Below, piece by piece: positions 26,201 to 39,440 of a stretch of 64,000 bases of DNA (its first letter is position 1; every line of letters begins with the position of its first letter). The DNA comes from Podarcis tiliguerta (lineage: Eukaryota). The notes beneath the pieces were generated by a model. It saw only the letters and a list, made by a program, of their open reading frames with translations, had not been told where the DNA came from and made no database searches. The DNA lies in NCBI GenBank assembly GCA_965153285.1, contig OZ229114.1, one strand, 5' to 3'. A program made the translations under genes and the position numbers.

Positions 26201-27019
26201 TAAGTAATTTAGTAGCCAGGTGACATTGTTGTGGCTGATATTCAGGTATATTGATGTTCCTGGTATGTTGTCAGCATCATAGTAAAGGGAATTTAGAGCC
26301 AGTTTATCCTTACAGTGTCCTCCATAATCCAGAGAGATTCTGTTTCTCTATTGATCCAACATTACATTTTCAACAACTGGGTGCTACCTGGTGTAGAGTT
26401 CTGGTATATTTGTGTGAAGGGATTTGGTAACCCAGATCTTAAATGTGTTGCAATATAATCATTACAAGAAGAAAACTTTCTGCTAAGAACTGAGTTTGGC
26501 ATTGTACATTTAGGTCCAACATTACACACAACATTGCTACTTGCTCCACTTTCATTTGCAGGGTCTCATTTGCATGTAGGGATCTGAACCAGATCTCATG
26601 CTCTGAGAGCCGGGGCCAGCCCATGACATTTAGCTTCCTGAAGCAGAGGACAAGATGGTCCATGTAGAGAAGATGAGTGGACTGGTTGCTGAAATTTATT
26701 TCAGTATAGCCAACAGAATAATGTTTTTCACTGCACCTGAGGGCAGCAAGCTATTTTATTGGAGTGCATGACACATACAGTTGTGCCCTCCAGCAGAAGG
26801 GCATGGCCAGGAGGAACAGCCAGAGGACTGCTGCCACCATCCAGAATTGGCTGCTTTTGGTGGTTGCATCACTTTACATAATGATAGGTCAGACCCCGAT
26901 TGATAGACCCCATATTTGAGTTCTGCATCATTAACCTTACTGAGTGTGGTGTGTTACATCCTGCAAAATTTGATTATATCAAGTGGTATGTGATGCAAGG
27001 ATATTAGACACCATAGATT

Positions 27020-27130
27020 AAGGATAGCCAACATGGTGTCCTCCAGGTGTTATTAGACTCAATCCAGCATGACTGGATTGATCAAAGACGATAGGAACTG
27101 TGGTTCAACAATTATGTTGACCACTTCCAC
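27020..27130. mobile_element. Short palindromic hAT-type MITE, diverged
   Basis: gggatagccaacatggtgtcctccaggtgtt-like start; same family as 33762. Confidence 0.45.
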
Positions 27131-30100
27131 TGATTGTCTGTTCTATACTTAGAAGGAATGTATTTGAGCATTAAAATGTATCTATACAGACCAACTTCTT
27201 CACGACAGAGGTCTTTAACGTCTTGCACTTTAATATGATTTTCAGTGTAAACCCAGGACAGTTTAATAAAACTGAACCACGTTGAGGGGGCTGAAATTTT
27301 AGTATACAAATACTCAAATAAATTACTATCCTATTATGTTTTGAATATTCTGTTTAAAATGCAGGGATTAAAACAGCAATTTGTGCATACATACACATAT
27401 AGACACACACAACTTTTCTAATCTGAACACTTGAAATCACTTTTATGCCAGCTACTTGGTAAATGAAAACAATGTTTCCCTTGTTTACATGGACTGTTAG
27501 GGATTCACAGCTTTAAAGACCTTTGTGCAACTATTCACACAACGCATGATATAAAATTTCTCAGTTTTTCCATCTCTTTGTGTGCAGCACATACTGGGCA
27601 GTTCTATTACTAGAGATAATCAGTTCTATAGATACAATAAACAGGGTTCACTGGATACCTCATGACACTATGATAAAGCAAAATTGAAATTTATTGTGGT
27701 GGTTACTGTGAGCAGATTCTGCTGTCATTGCCAATCGGCTTGCTATGAAACGTCCTTGAAAAATGTCCTCACCTTTATGTGACCACTTTGGCTTCAGGAT
27801 GGATCCACTAGAAACGTCTCTGGTGTAATTTGTATGAGTGATATCTAGGCTGGGTTGCTATGGTTACTTGTCTATCCAACAGCCAGTTGGCTCTTTGTGA
27901 TAATTAGTGCAGACACTGCATCTTTGACTTGAATTGGCTACAGTAGATGGAAGAGCTCTTTATTTCTAACTCTTGAATCACATCTAACATATTAAGAACC
28001 CCTTGTGAAATAAAATAAAATAAAATAGTGTATATGTATTATTCTTTCTGTTACAATGAATGAAATGCCCCCCCCCCCAAATGGTGTTATATATTATATA
28101 AGGTGCATTGATACTCTTGATTTCACAGATGAGAATGGGAATGATTTTGGACCAAAGCAAGTCTGAGAATGAGTAATCAGCAGCTGATTACAGTTGCTAG
28201 TACCTCGTACTAGAATTGAAACTCCTGAAATGGGAGCAGCTGAAATTAGTTCCATAGGGTGGAATTCAACATCGCACTACTACAAATGTTCCATCTGCAC
28301 AAGCATATTAGCTTGCTAGACAGAATGATCTCCCTTCCTTCCCCCATGTACTATTCTGCAGGTTCTTCTAATCCCCACTCAAACCAGTCCACATGAGGGG
28401 TGAAAAGGGAGGGAAACCCCTGCTGTAGATAAGCATTGCAAGTTTATATGCATCTTTGAATTCCAACGTTAAAAAAAAAGAAATTTCCATTAAGGATGGG
28501 GGCAAACATTCAGTGCAGGGCCACTCAGTTATGGGATCAACCCTGTTTGAAGTGCAGTACACAGACTCAAGGTCGGCATAGTGTCTTAATTCTGTTCACA
28601 TCCAACCTTCCGTATACCACAGTCTATTGCTTTCCCTAGGAAAAAACAGCCTTATCTGTTGGGCGACTGATGGAGGGCTCCAGCAGAGAGAAGAGAGGCC
28701 CAGTGAGCTTATTCTGTGGCAGGAAATTATTCATAAGAGCAGCGGTGATCATGGAACATCATTTCCTCTGGAGAGGCCTGATGGGCCTCCACTGGGAACC
28801 TCCACCTAAAGTTGTTTTTATTTCTTCTTTGGAAAAGGGGAGGGGGGTTGTGCAGCCATTACACTTATAGTATGAAGCTAGACTACTTGGAGAGTTTGGG
28901 GGATTTTCAATAAGTTGATTTGGGGGGCAAACATCTCACTACTCAGCAGAGTTCTTACCCTGTTGTTTAGCCCTGGGACTCTTAGATCAACTAACATTAA
29001 TTAAAAGGGGTAATAAAGTTAACCCTCCAATAATTCCTTATTTTTATAGCTCTTAATATGTGAAAGGAAGTCTGTAGCTGGCTAGTTCAAATCAATATGT
29101 GAAATTCAGCATATTATACCACCCCACTGCCTGCTTAGCTTTTCCAAATTACACTGTTCCTTGCAGAATTCTTCCTTCTATGCAACTCATAAAGACCAAG
29201 AAAGTTCCAGAGTCTTGAATGGCAACCCTGAACCCCTTAGGTTCCTAGCCCTCAATGCCAGGGTCTTTTCCTCTAGTCTCAGTCTCTTTTAATTGCCCAT
29301 GGATTAAGTTCCTATATCTCATGGGTGAGGCACTGGATCCAAGCATCAGGCCAGATGTTGGGCAAACCATGACTGGTGGATGGTGCAATCTCAAAAGATC
29401 TTACTCTTAGTGCTGATGAACTGATTGGTGTTAACAGCAGGTCTTCAAAGGACTCACTCTAAGCACCAACAGAATGAGTCTCAATGAGTGTACTAGGGAG
29501 TTAGTTCAGCTGATCTCAGTGGGGTTTTCTGGCAGCACCAATTAGCTGTAGGGTCCTGGCAGCAAGTCTTGCACTTTAAGCTCCTGAATGTTCCTTTGTA
29601 ACTACGTCTTTACCTGCCAATCACCTGATATCACATATGTCATCAGGGATGGTGCAGCTGGGCATGGATTGGGGAAAATGGCCTTGTGAGCCAAGGGGGC
29701 CTGTGGGTGGGAGACTGCTGCTTACTGTCAACTCTGTTCTCACCGATTAAGCTACTTTGCTTCTGGGCTTCCTGGCTTTTTAGGTTCCATATCTTCTGGT
29801 GTGTCAACCAAGTCAGCTTTCAAGTTCTTACCTTACACGAGGTGGTAATCCCCAACAGACTGACAGCCCTTCTTTTTCTCATTTCTCAGCATACCAGCAT
29901 AATTGTAGAGTGAAGGTGAATGTGTTCACATGCTTTTCACATAACTGGAGCTACCTCTTGATGGGACCATGCTATTTTTGATGAGTTACAGCAGTTTTGA
30001 CTGTTTGGGCCTAGGACGTAGGGCCTGAGAACTGAATCTAACTTGCTAAGACTTTCCCTCCTAGAAAAGCTTTCCTTTGCTTTTCTGGAATGACATGTCC

Positions 30101-30425
30101 ACAAGTGAGTTGCTACACAAGAGCAGGGTGAGGCTTTGTTTGGTAGGAATAGCCTTGGTGAGTTTCCAATTTCCCATGGTCCTGCATTGCCTGTTTTTGA
30201 GTTTTGGCCAAAGTGTGCAGTGATGAGCATATCATATTTGCCCCGTGATTGTGCGATAATTCAAGTGGCATTAATGAAATTCTAATTCTTGAAAAACGAG
30301 AAAGGTGAATCATCTGTTAAATCACATAAATGTCATATGAATTGATGTAGCTCTCTTGCCTTCAGCAGCACTTGTGCCTGTTTATGGGAGCAGTAAAAAT
30401 GTGGACAAAGAGTTCTGTATAAATA

Positions 30426-30819
30426 CAGTCGCCTTGCAACGCGCGCACATTTAACTTGCATGATTGCAGCTTTATGTGCTTGGCAGCTGACCAGCTGATA
30501 TCACAGAAGTTAAACGCATGCAAGGCGCAGAGCTTAAAAGCTCTTTCCTGGTGTGGAAAGCACTTTTAAGCTCTCAATCTTGCTTACCAGGCTCTAACTC
30601 TGGGAGGATCCCATGAGATCTTGTGAGAGCCCAGTAAGCAAGACAAAAAGCTTAAAAGCTCTCCACCGTGTGTGTTGGGGCGGAGGCCAAGGCCTGCTTG
30701 GCACACTGGCTTTGGAAAGGTAGGGATGGTCACATGGGGGCAATTCCAAAGTTAAAACAATTTTGGCTTTATACACTATCCTCTGGAACACAACCCTTGC
30801 ATAAGTTGCAATCCCACTG
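30426..30819. mobile_element. Diverged Tigger-like non-autonomous DNA transposon
   Basis: TA|cagtcgccttgcaac ... gttgcaatcccactg imperfect TIRs; repeated agcttaaaagctct internal motifs. Confidence 0.45.
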
Positions 30820-31020
30820 CCCTGGATTTACACAGCAGGGTTTGTTGGTTCTCTTCCTGTAACAGCTGTGTTCCTTCTAAGTTTTTCTTACCCACAAGAT
30901 TCCAAAACTATGGGAAACCTCAAAAGAGAAAGGTTTGGGATTTTGTTGACCTAAGGACTAGTACACACCTAGAGGTTTTTAGTGGCCCTAGGTTCAGTTA
31001 ATAGTATTGTAAGTGTTTGG

Positions 31021-31220
31021 GGAGAGACATAGCTCATTACTTCAGTAATTAAGTGTTTTGGGGTTTTTTTTGTTTTTTTAAAGGGCCCAGGTTCAGTCTC
31101 TTGCATTAGCAGCTTCAAGGATTAGGGTGCCGGTAATATGGAAGACCTCACCCAGGAGAACTGCCATTCATAGTACAGAATACTGTACAGTGCTAGATAG
31201 ATGTATAGTCTGACCTTGTG
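31021..31220 (+). mobile_element. Diverged Squam3-like SINE
   Basis: catagctca...cccaggttcagtctct...ggagaactgcca...gctagatagat...gtctgac colinear with the 49441 copy. Confidence 0.45.
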
Positions 31221-32037
31221 ACCTGTGTTTCTTGTTTGAGATATATTCCTTCATTGATTGTGGAACTGCTAGTAGGCTAAACTAACTGGGGTAATAAATG
31301 TGATAACAAGCTTGCTTAATTATCTAGTTCTCATTTATTCACCCGCAGAGTTTTTAAAATTTATGGTCATGGATATCCCTAAATGTTGCACTGTTCTTGA
31401 GATTAATGGAGCATGCCATCTCAGTAGCATTTGATAATTACTATACTTCTTAGGTTTGGGGTATGATCAGTAAGCATGCTGTCAAGGCCAGGAAAGCATT
31501 CCTTAGCCAGGGTCTGTATTTGGAACTGAAAAGGCATAGACTGGCTCTTGTTTGGATGTTAAAGAATTCAATAATGTATAAACTCAGTGTTAGTGACACA
31601 TCTGTTGTCAGATGTCTATGTTGTTGAAACATTTTCATTGAATAACTGTATACCTGCCTTCTCAGATAAGAAGCCATCCAGTTTTTGTTTAAATCTAGAT
31701 TTTGCCCAACGTATTGAAGTGATGAATAATGAGTTTCAGTTTTTTAAGAAGAACACAAGGATCAAACAAAAGAGAAAGGCATTTTCAGATGTGATTAGCT
31801 AGCGACAGAGTACCATTATCATCCTGTGAATATGTTATGGTGTAGTAAACTATATATCTTGCTTGAGATCACAGAGGAAAATACCCAGCTATTTGCTTGT
31901 GTCTGTCTGCTAACATCTTAGATGATGTCATGTCTATTGTTTCTAATGTCTTCTAAAATATCTGTAAAATACTTTGCAGGTACTTATTCAGTGATTAATG
32001 GTCAACATAGAAATACCACTTGGCAAGTAGAACAGTA

Positions 32038-32296
32038 CCGTATTTTTCGCTCTATAAGACGCACCAGACCACAAGATGCACCTAGTTTTTGGAGGAGGAA
32101 AACAAGAAAAAAAATATTCAGAATCTCAGAAGCCAGAACAGCAAGAGGAATCGCTGCACAGTGAAAGCAGCAATCCCTCTTGCTGTTCTGGCTTCTGGGA
32201 TAGCTGCGCAGCCTGCATTCACTCCATAAGACGCACACACATTTCCCCTTACTTTTTAGGAGGGAAAAAGTGAGTCTTATAGAGCAAAAAATACGG
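32038..32296 (-). mobile_element. CCGTA-ended MITE, family B copy 2, inverted relative to copy 1
   Basis: TA|ccgtatttttcgctctataagac ... gtcttatagagcaaaaaatacgg|TA; near-identical reverse complement of 15670-15932 (the ORF track shows the same spurious peptide CVLWSEC.LRSYPRSQNSKRD on opposite strands). Confidence 0.92.
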
Positions 32297-32299
32297 TAA

Positions 32300-32350
32300 T
32301 TAGAATCATAGGATTGTAGAGTTGCAAGGGACCCTAAGGGTCATCTAGTT
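32300..32350 (-). mobile_element. CR1 LINE extreme 3' end
   Basis: tagaatcataggattgtagagttg...gtcatctagt is the reverse complement of a CR1 3' terminus with an ATTCTA-type repeat. Confidence 0.6.
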
Positions 32351-33761
32351 CATCTTCTTGTATGTAAGCCTTGTGGATGTATCGTGGGATTTTCAGCAGT
32401 GATAATTGCTGGTGAGATTAATGCAGTTTTTCTCAGGATATGCGTAGTGCTAGCATTGTATATCCTGGATCTCTTCTTGTATAAGAAACCACTTGCATAA
32501 GAAACCATTGTAACAGTCTGCTCATGGTTGAGCCAACATAGAAGTTATGTTCTAGGTTCAGGTATAATATATCATATAATTATGTAACACATACATTGCT
32601 ATTGGTATTTTATATATTGCTGACTTTGATATCAGTGGAACTTCATCACCATAAAATTAGTTCAGCTGTTCAGACCGCAAAGCATAAATCTTATGGAATT
32701 TCATTTAATTAAGCACTTGCTCTCAATTACTTGGAAGTGCTAGAATGCAGCTGATGAGAGCAAATCTTTTGCTTACCATATATCACTAAAAATATTAAAT
32801 AAACCATGCAGTAAGTTTTATAGCATAATGCAGCTTGACAGAGAATCGAAGACCACAGAACCTGCCCTTTCTCTCTCTCTCTCTTCATCCCCAAGCTGTG
32901 CTTCTAGGACTGTTTGAAGTCCTAAATAGGAAAGATGACTTCAATTCTGTCCCAGGCAGACATCAGTGTATACATAATTTAACACAGTTTGGCACAATTC
33001 ACAGTCATCATCTAGGAAATGCCCAGAAGTGAGTCAATGCAACAAAATCAGTTCCTGACAACTTCTCGATAGCTACCCTTTGAAGGCTTCATTTCCTGTG
33101 CATTGTTTTGCCATTGCTTGTATATTCTGTGACTGGTGTGCATCAAGGGATGTATATGTCTACCTGAAAATACAATACTACCAGTATTGTCATTGTTTCC
33201 TATATTTGGTGGTGGGATTGGTACAAAATCAGAACTAGGAACTCCATGTTCTCTCTCTCTGGGAATCATAGTATTTTGACAATATTATCAGTTTCCTTTC
33301 TTCCTTTGCTGAGCAGAAATAGAGTGAAACTGTGTGCCATTTTCTTATGTCTGTCATTTTTTATGAAGCGTTGAATTTTTAGAGAGTTGTTAAACCCAGA
33401 CTTAACATTAATAAAAATGAATAGAGAATTATGCTGTGACACTTTGTGCCAACTTCCACAAACCATGAAGCTTTCAACACATTAATGCTAGCATTTTTAG
33501 ATAACGATGATTAGAGGAAAATGTGTATCCTATTCCCCCCTGCAATGTGAGAATTCTGAAATAAAGTATAATAGTAAACTGCTATAATACCTTTCACAAC
33601 AGCAGGAAATACATCTTGCATGATCATCATGTTCTGATTGTCTTATTTTTTGTATTATTTCCTTTTTGAAATCCATGTTTTTTAATTACACCACTTCTTT
33701 TGATATTCTGGAGGTTTTTTGTGCAGGGGGATCAGAGTTATCTTAGTAGGAATTGTCTTAG

Positions 33762-33905
33762 CTTGGGGTAGCCATCATAGTGCCCTCAATATATTGTTGG
33801 ACTACAACTTCCATCATCCCTGACCATTTGCCATGATTGCTGAGGCTGATGGGAATTGTAGTCAACATCTAGAGGGCACAACATCTAGAGGGCTTGGCTA
33901 CTTTG
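33762..33905. mobile_element. Short palindromic hAT-type MITE
   Basis: gactacaacttccatca ... tgatgggaattgtagtc arms; gtagcca / tggctac ends; local duplication of caacatctagagggc. Confidence 0.7.
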
Positions 33906-34997
33906 ATGTCATAGAGGGGCCAATCTTAGAATTTGAATGTTAGTGTCTTTGAGCAATTTTTGGCAAAGTAATAATGCTTTTCGTTTCCAGTGCAGACTGG
34001 AGACTTGCTAGAAATAGACAATGCATTTGCTTCTAGGTATATGAAGAAAACAGGTATTATTTGCTTGTTTATTACCTACGCGTCACAAGGTTCCATGGTG
34101 GGTCACAACATTAAAACACAATATTAAAAACAGTTTAAAACAATGCTGGCTTCTTATGCCTGGCTGTAGATTGATGTTTAGAGACATGAGTTCAAATATC
34201 AACTTCAGCACTTGTTTCAAAATTCTAAAGAGGCAAGCAATAGAACATGGAAACAAGGCCTTAATTCTGTGCACTAACATGTTGTTTCTACAAAAATGAA
34301 ACTGAACCATGGGCAAGGGAGGAATTCTGTTGGTACAAAGCAGGGAAGTAGTAGGAGTCAGCTAATAAGGAGAATGTGCTTGCCACTGGCTCAGGGGATT
34401 GCTGTAAAACATTAGGAAGTACCGTCAATGCTGAGGGTTTGCTCTAGGTCCCTCCATCTGTACGCAACAGCAGACTTCCTTCAGAATATGCTTAGGCTAG
34501 TCAAACTAGTTCTCTGTCTCTCCTTTTTTCGTCCTACTTAAATGGGGAACAAGTGCTGTCTGATAGTGGCTTGGGATTGCAATCTGCTTTGTAATTTGGT
34601 GGCATGGGCTGAAGCTTTGCAGTTCCTCTTTCCATTCTTGCTGAAAGAAGTTTGTCAGATTTCACTCAGAGCTCAACCCATTGTGATAGCATGAAGACCA
34701 TGAATGAGAAATAGGAAATGTAAAACCACAACACCACTTGTTGTTCCATGCATTTACCACTTGATTTGGTGTAACAGCTGACTTCCCCATTGTATAGAAT
34801 TTTGATTAACTCAGCAGCTTTTTGGGGGGTGGGGAGCTGATTACAATGATTCTACTCCCAATCACCCCATGCAGCATAAGAATAGTGTTGTTTGTCTTCT
34901 CTAACAATGCTCACATACCTGATAGATAACCCTACAAACACCATAAATTAGACTACTGGAACATTTTGCGAGTTTCTGACAGTATGTTCCTGTTCCT

Positions 34998-35053
34998 GTT
35001 GTTGTTGTTGTTTAGTCGTTTAGTCGTGTCCGACTCTTCGTGACCCCATGGAC
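34998..35053 (-). mobile_element. RTE-BovB extreme 3' end with (CAA)n tail
   Basis: Reverse complement gtccatggggtcacgaagagtcggacacgactaaacgactaaacaacaacaac matches 48546-48584 over the shared stretch. Confidence 0.9.
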
Positions 35054-38000
35054 GAATTATCCTAGGGACTAGCAATTTTATGTTATCTATAGGGTGAGAA
35101 ATGGAATAGCTTGGGGGAGGGGGTTAAACTGAACATTTCCCCACTGCCAGCATTGTCAGAACTTAGGAATGGTTTCAGAAAAACTGTTTTCCAGAATATT
35201 TTCCAAAAATGCAGACTTGGGCAGGGAGACTGTCCTGAGGGGATCAGAATAACTTTGTTATATCTGTGTTTTTATGTAAAAAGAGAACCTATAATTTACT
35301 GCGGGAAAAAGAACTCTGGCCAGTTTTGCTATAAGGTAGATGTGAAACCTTTGTTTAGTTTCAGTACTCCCAGCCTTTTCTTCTTGAAATATTTTGGAAA
35401 ACATTTTTGAGAAATATGTACTTGAGGCACCCTGAACGACTGTCTATAGCAGCTGGACGGCAGCTGTCTGTTCCTCTCTGCAAGTTCAGCCCACCTAGTG
35501 GAACACATATTTCCTATTGCTCTACATATACATTAAAGAGGATAGTTTTCAAAGTTCTGTTTTTCCATTCCCTTCAAAATTCTGTGCTTTTGGGCAGAAA
35601 TAACTAAAGCAAGTTTGTATCTTCCCTGTTGCCATTTGCAAGCAAAGCCTGCAGTTTTGTATTTCAAAATAGATTGGGAATTTGAGTCTTCTCTGCATGC
35701 CTCTCATGATGTCAAGTGTTGGCAGGGGAAAATTATAAAAGTGGCCACTACATACCACACACATGACCGCTACGTACCACACTCATGCCAATTTGGTATT
35801 TCTGAAAGGTTACAAATCAATGAGAAGAATTTTATGCAAGTGGTCTATAAAATGAACATAACATAGTAAGACCATTCTGTGATCTGCTCTTGCTCTTTAA
35901 ATTGCTTGAAAACAATCAGCCGTCAGTCAAGCCAGGAGGGCAAGACGGGCAACCTTCGATATATTGAATTGTGTGATGTACAACAAGCTGGGCTTGAACC
36001 TATGAGGCTCAAAGCGTTTCGTGATGTACTTAAAAGGTGAAAAAACAGGAAAGAATCTTTTCAGCTCTGCAGTGAGATTACTACAAAGTATTCAAGCATA
36101 ATGTTCATTCTCAGTGAGATGATGGACTGCTGCAGGCATAATGTCATTCCTTAACAGTGATTAAGAGGCTGGGACTGGGAAATGGGATCATTTCAAATCC
36201 TGGGCTAAGAAGGAACTCCGATTGCCCTTAACATCAGTTAACTGTGATACCAATGTAGTGCTTAACTGAAATTTGAAGGTGGAGGGCTGAATTAATATGA
36301 ACATGCAATTATGTAGCCCAGTTGTCATCTTTTAAATATTTTCTTTTTAATCAATCATTGTTAAGAGACTGACTGTTATGTCTGCACAAGCCATGTTAGA
36401 GTTAGGCAGTTTTGTCGGGATGGGAAGAAAGAGTCAATGGTATATCATTATGGAAACATATCTAGGAAAGATTCAGGTGCTTCGCTTCACCCATCCCCAG
36501 CATGATTGGGAGGAGAGTTCTGAATGTTTTCGTTTCTGTTTCAGACTAACTACAGCTTAGCATTATGTCTGAACCTAAGCAAACTGTGGTTTGTGTTAAG
36601 TAAGGTTAGTTGGAACAAACCAGCTTCATGCTATAGACAACTTGATTTGTTTCAACCAACAAGCCATCTAACCATAGTTTAAGAAACCCACTGTTTAAGT
36701 TTGGGTGCAACACTAAACTGTGGTGAACTGAAATTGGAAATGAAAGATTTTGATCTCCTCCCAGCTACACTGGCTGGGGCTTATTGGAGTAGTAGTCCAA
36801 AACATCTGGAAGAAACCAGATTGGCAGAGGCTGGCTTATAGTTACATCAAAATGCAAAGTGCAGAAGTTTAGTTTTCTTTTCTATGTTCAAATAATTAAA
36901 ACATGTGTAAGAATATGACAGGTCATATGGCTGCATATTCTCTGAGGTTGTAGAATGTATCAGCATAACAGCCTGCAAGCATTTCAATTGCCCGGATAAT
37001 GCCTGGATAATGATTGATGTGAAGCAGGAATATTTGAAAGAATGCAGTTGAAAAAGAAACCCCATATGTTATCCAGTTTTCTTCAAGCTTTTTCCCCTGC
37101 ACAGTCTGATATATTTTTCTTCCAACTTGTAGCCTTCCCAAACTTTTACTGACTTAGATGCCTGCTATTTTGAAAATGTTTTGGTATGAAATGTTGTCTT
37201 GCAAGATGCTGATAGAGCATCTGTTAAGCAGATGGAAATGAGAATGTTTCCAGCTCCTAATGACAAACACAAGCAAAGGGAACTATTCCAAGTGTTGAGC
37301 AACTCACTGGAGCCTTACGTTCCTTAGTATCCTAAGCAGGGCAGGATTTGAACCTCTGCAGCTAAATGGCTTTAGGAAAAGCATTTGCTTGCAGTTGTGG
37401 AACTAGTTTTCTAAACATATTTGCTTCTACTGAAGCTGGGTCAAGTCACTGCTATTCAGATCTCTGCTAAACCTAAAGGTCAAAAGTACTTGCAGTCAAT
37501 GTATGCCTTTTAGCAATACTTCATAATTCTTTTGTTCTTATTTTTCAAAGGAACATGTTGATGTTTATGAACATTGACCTGGACCTGGTGTTTGGAGGTA
37601 TATATCTAATATTTATGGTTACAGCTCTATGAAATGGGCAGCAGAAATTGAAAGAATTCATAAAGGTTCTGGAAGAGTACCCATGTTACCCCCCCCCCCC
37701 AAAAAAACCCCATTTGATACATTAAAATACTTAATTATTTTATTGCAGTACAAGTGTTCATGTACAAATATTTTTTTACATCAGGTATTTCCCTTCATTT
37801 CTTCCTCTTAGGCTACACTGAGGAAAAATCTATGCATGCATGGTTCAGTCTAAAGAATTTGCTTGTCTACTGAGCGCTAGATGTGCTTGACTGGCCTTAA
37901 ATCTTTCAATTTTTACCATGACAACTTCTAAAATGAAACACTACAACCCCGCTATATTACTTCTTTGGGGCTTAATTTTAAGATAGGGATTATTTGGAAT

Positions 38001-39267
38001 TAGTTTAAATCTTACAACTAATCTCCAGAATCTGAAAAGTGAAATATGTTGTGATTGCATTACAAGTTCCTGGTAGGATAGTACATAAAAACACAAAAGT
38101 CCATCTGGTCCAACTTCCTGTTTTTGCCACAGTGGTGAAAGAGATGCTTATGGAACGCTCACAAGCAGGAAGCAAGGGCACTCTCACTGTTGCTCTCTAG
38201 ATTGGGCTGGTTTCTTTTGTAAATTGATTTTTTAAATTAAATTCGTTGTTCATACACACGGAAAGACAGCCAAAGGATTTCTCAGTTTGTGCATATATGA
38301 TGCAAAACATCAAGTGTGATATCTTTCATAAGTGAGATGGCTTTATTTAAGTGTGGTTTGAGACTACTGAAAAAAGATTGCATCTCTTTTCTGTTTACCC
38401 AATGCTGAATGATGTCTACATTTGTGTTTTAGTGCTAGAATAATATGAATTCCAAATATATAGAGAGTGCCAGCCAACTACATATCTTCACCTGAGGTGT
38501 CTAATGGGTTCCAAAAATGGAGTGGGAAAGAATACCATAACAAAAAACAAAACAAAACCCCAACTTTCTTGTGTTTCTTTTTTATTATGCTTGGTGAGAG
38601 TATGCACAAAATGAACATGCTTTTTGTGTTGTCCTTCTCAGGAATGACACAGCACGTTTCACTGCTTGAGGTGAAACGAAGTGCCGCCCTGCCCTGCCAC
38701 TGCCCCTGCTGCTGCCACCAACATACCTGCCCCTGCAGCAGACACTGTCTGCTCTGATACCGCCACATTCTCTGCAGCATCTGCTGCTGTTGGTGAAGCA
38801 CCACCACCATTAGTGCCAACAAGATTGCTCTGATTTGGGGTGAGATCTCACCCAAAATGGTCATGATCTTGCCCCAAATCAGCGCTGTTGGCAGTGGCAC
38901 TTCTCTGCCACTGGCGGAGGTGGCAGCACAGACAGGGCACCTGTAGGGGTGCTGCCTGAGGCAGCAGCCTCACCCTGCCTGATGGCTGGGCCAACTCTGG
39001 TCCTTCTACACTTGGTCAGTTCCTCTTCCCAAGACCTTGCACACCAGTGTGCAAGTTGGACTACAGATATCTCTGATCTTAAGAATAGAGAACTACATGT
39101 GAAGGCAGCAAGGCTGCCTATTAGGGTGCAAGTATGAATGTTAGGTGACTTGCAGGAAGTTGCCGTTAGTGCCGATTTCAGACAAGATTGTGCTTCCTCT
39201 CTCATAGCACTAGCAGTCATGGGACTCCATTGAAAATGAATGCTGGAAGTTTCAGGACACATGAAAG

Positions 39268-39440
39268 CAGTGTCCTGGGGGCGTAGCATGCTGCCCGCAG
39301 GGGCGTGATGCATGTCCTGGGGGCGTGATGCGCCTGTGGGGGCATGGTGCCCAGTGGGGGGGGGGGTGCGATGGCACCCTACCGGGATCATGGTGCCAGG
39401 AGTGGTGTGCTCTCCCCGCCCCCCTCTTCCTCCACCAGTG
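39268..39440. mobile_element. GC-rich hAT MITE, internally deleted near left end
   Basis: Perfect 8-bp TSD catgaaag at 39260-39267 and 39441-39448; internal gggggcgtg repeats. Confidence 0.75.

Noticed and set aside
38478-39391. Q-rich 140-aa and P/H-rich 170-aa minus-strand ORFs
   Set aside because: They arise from GC-rich low-complexity and MITE sequence, with no recognisable domain or splice context.
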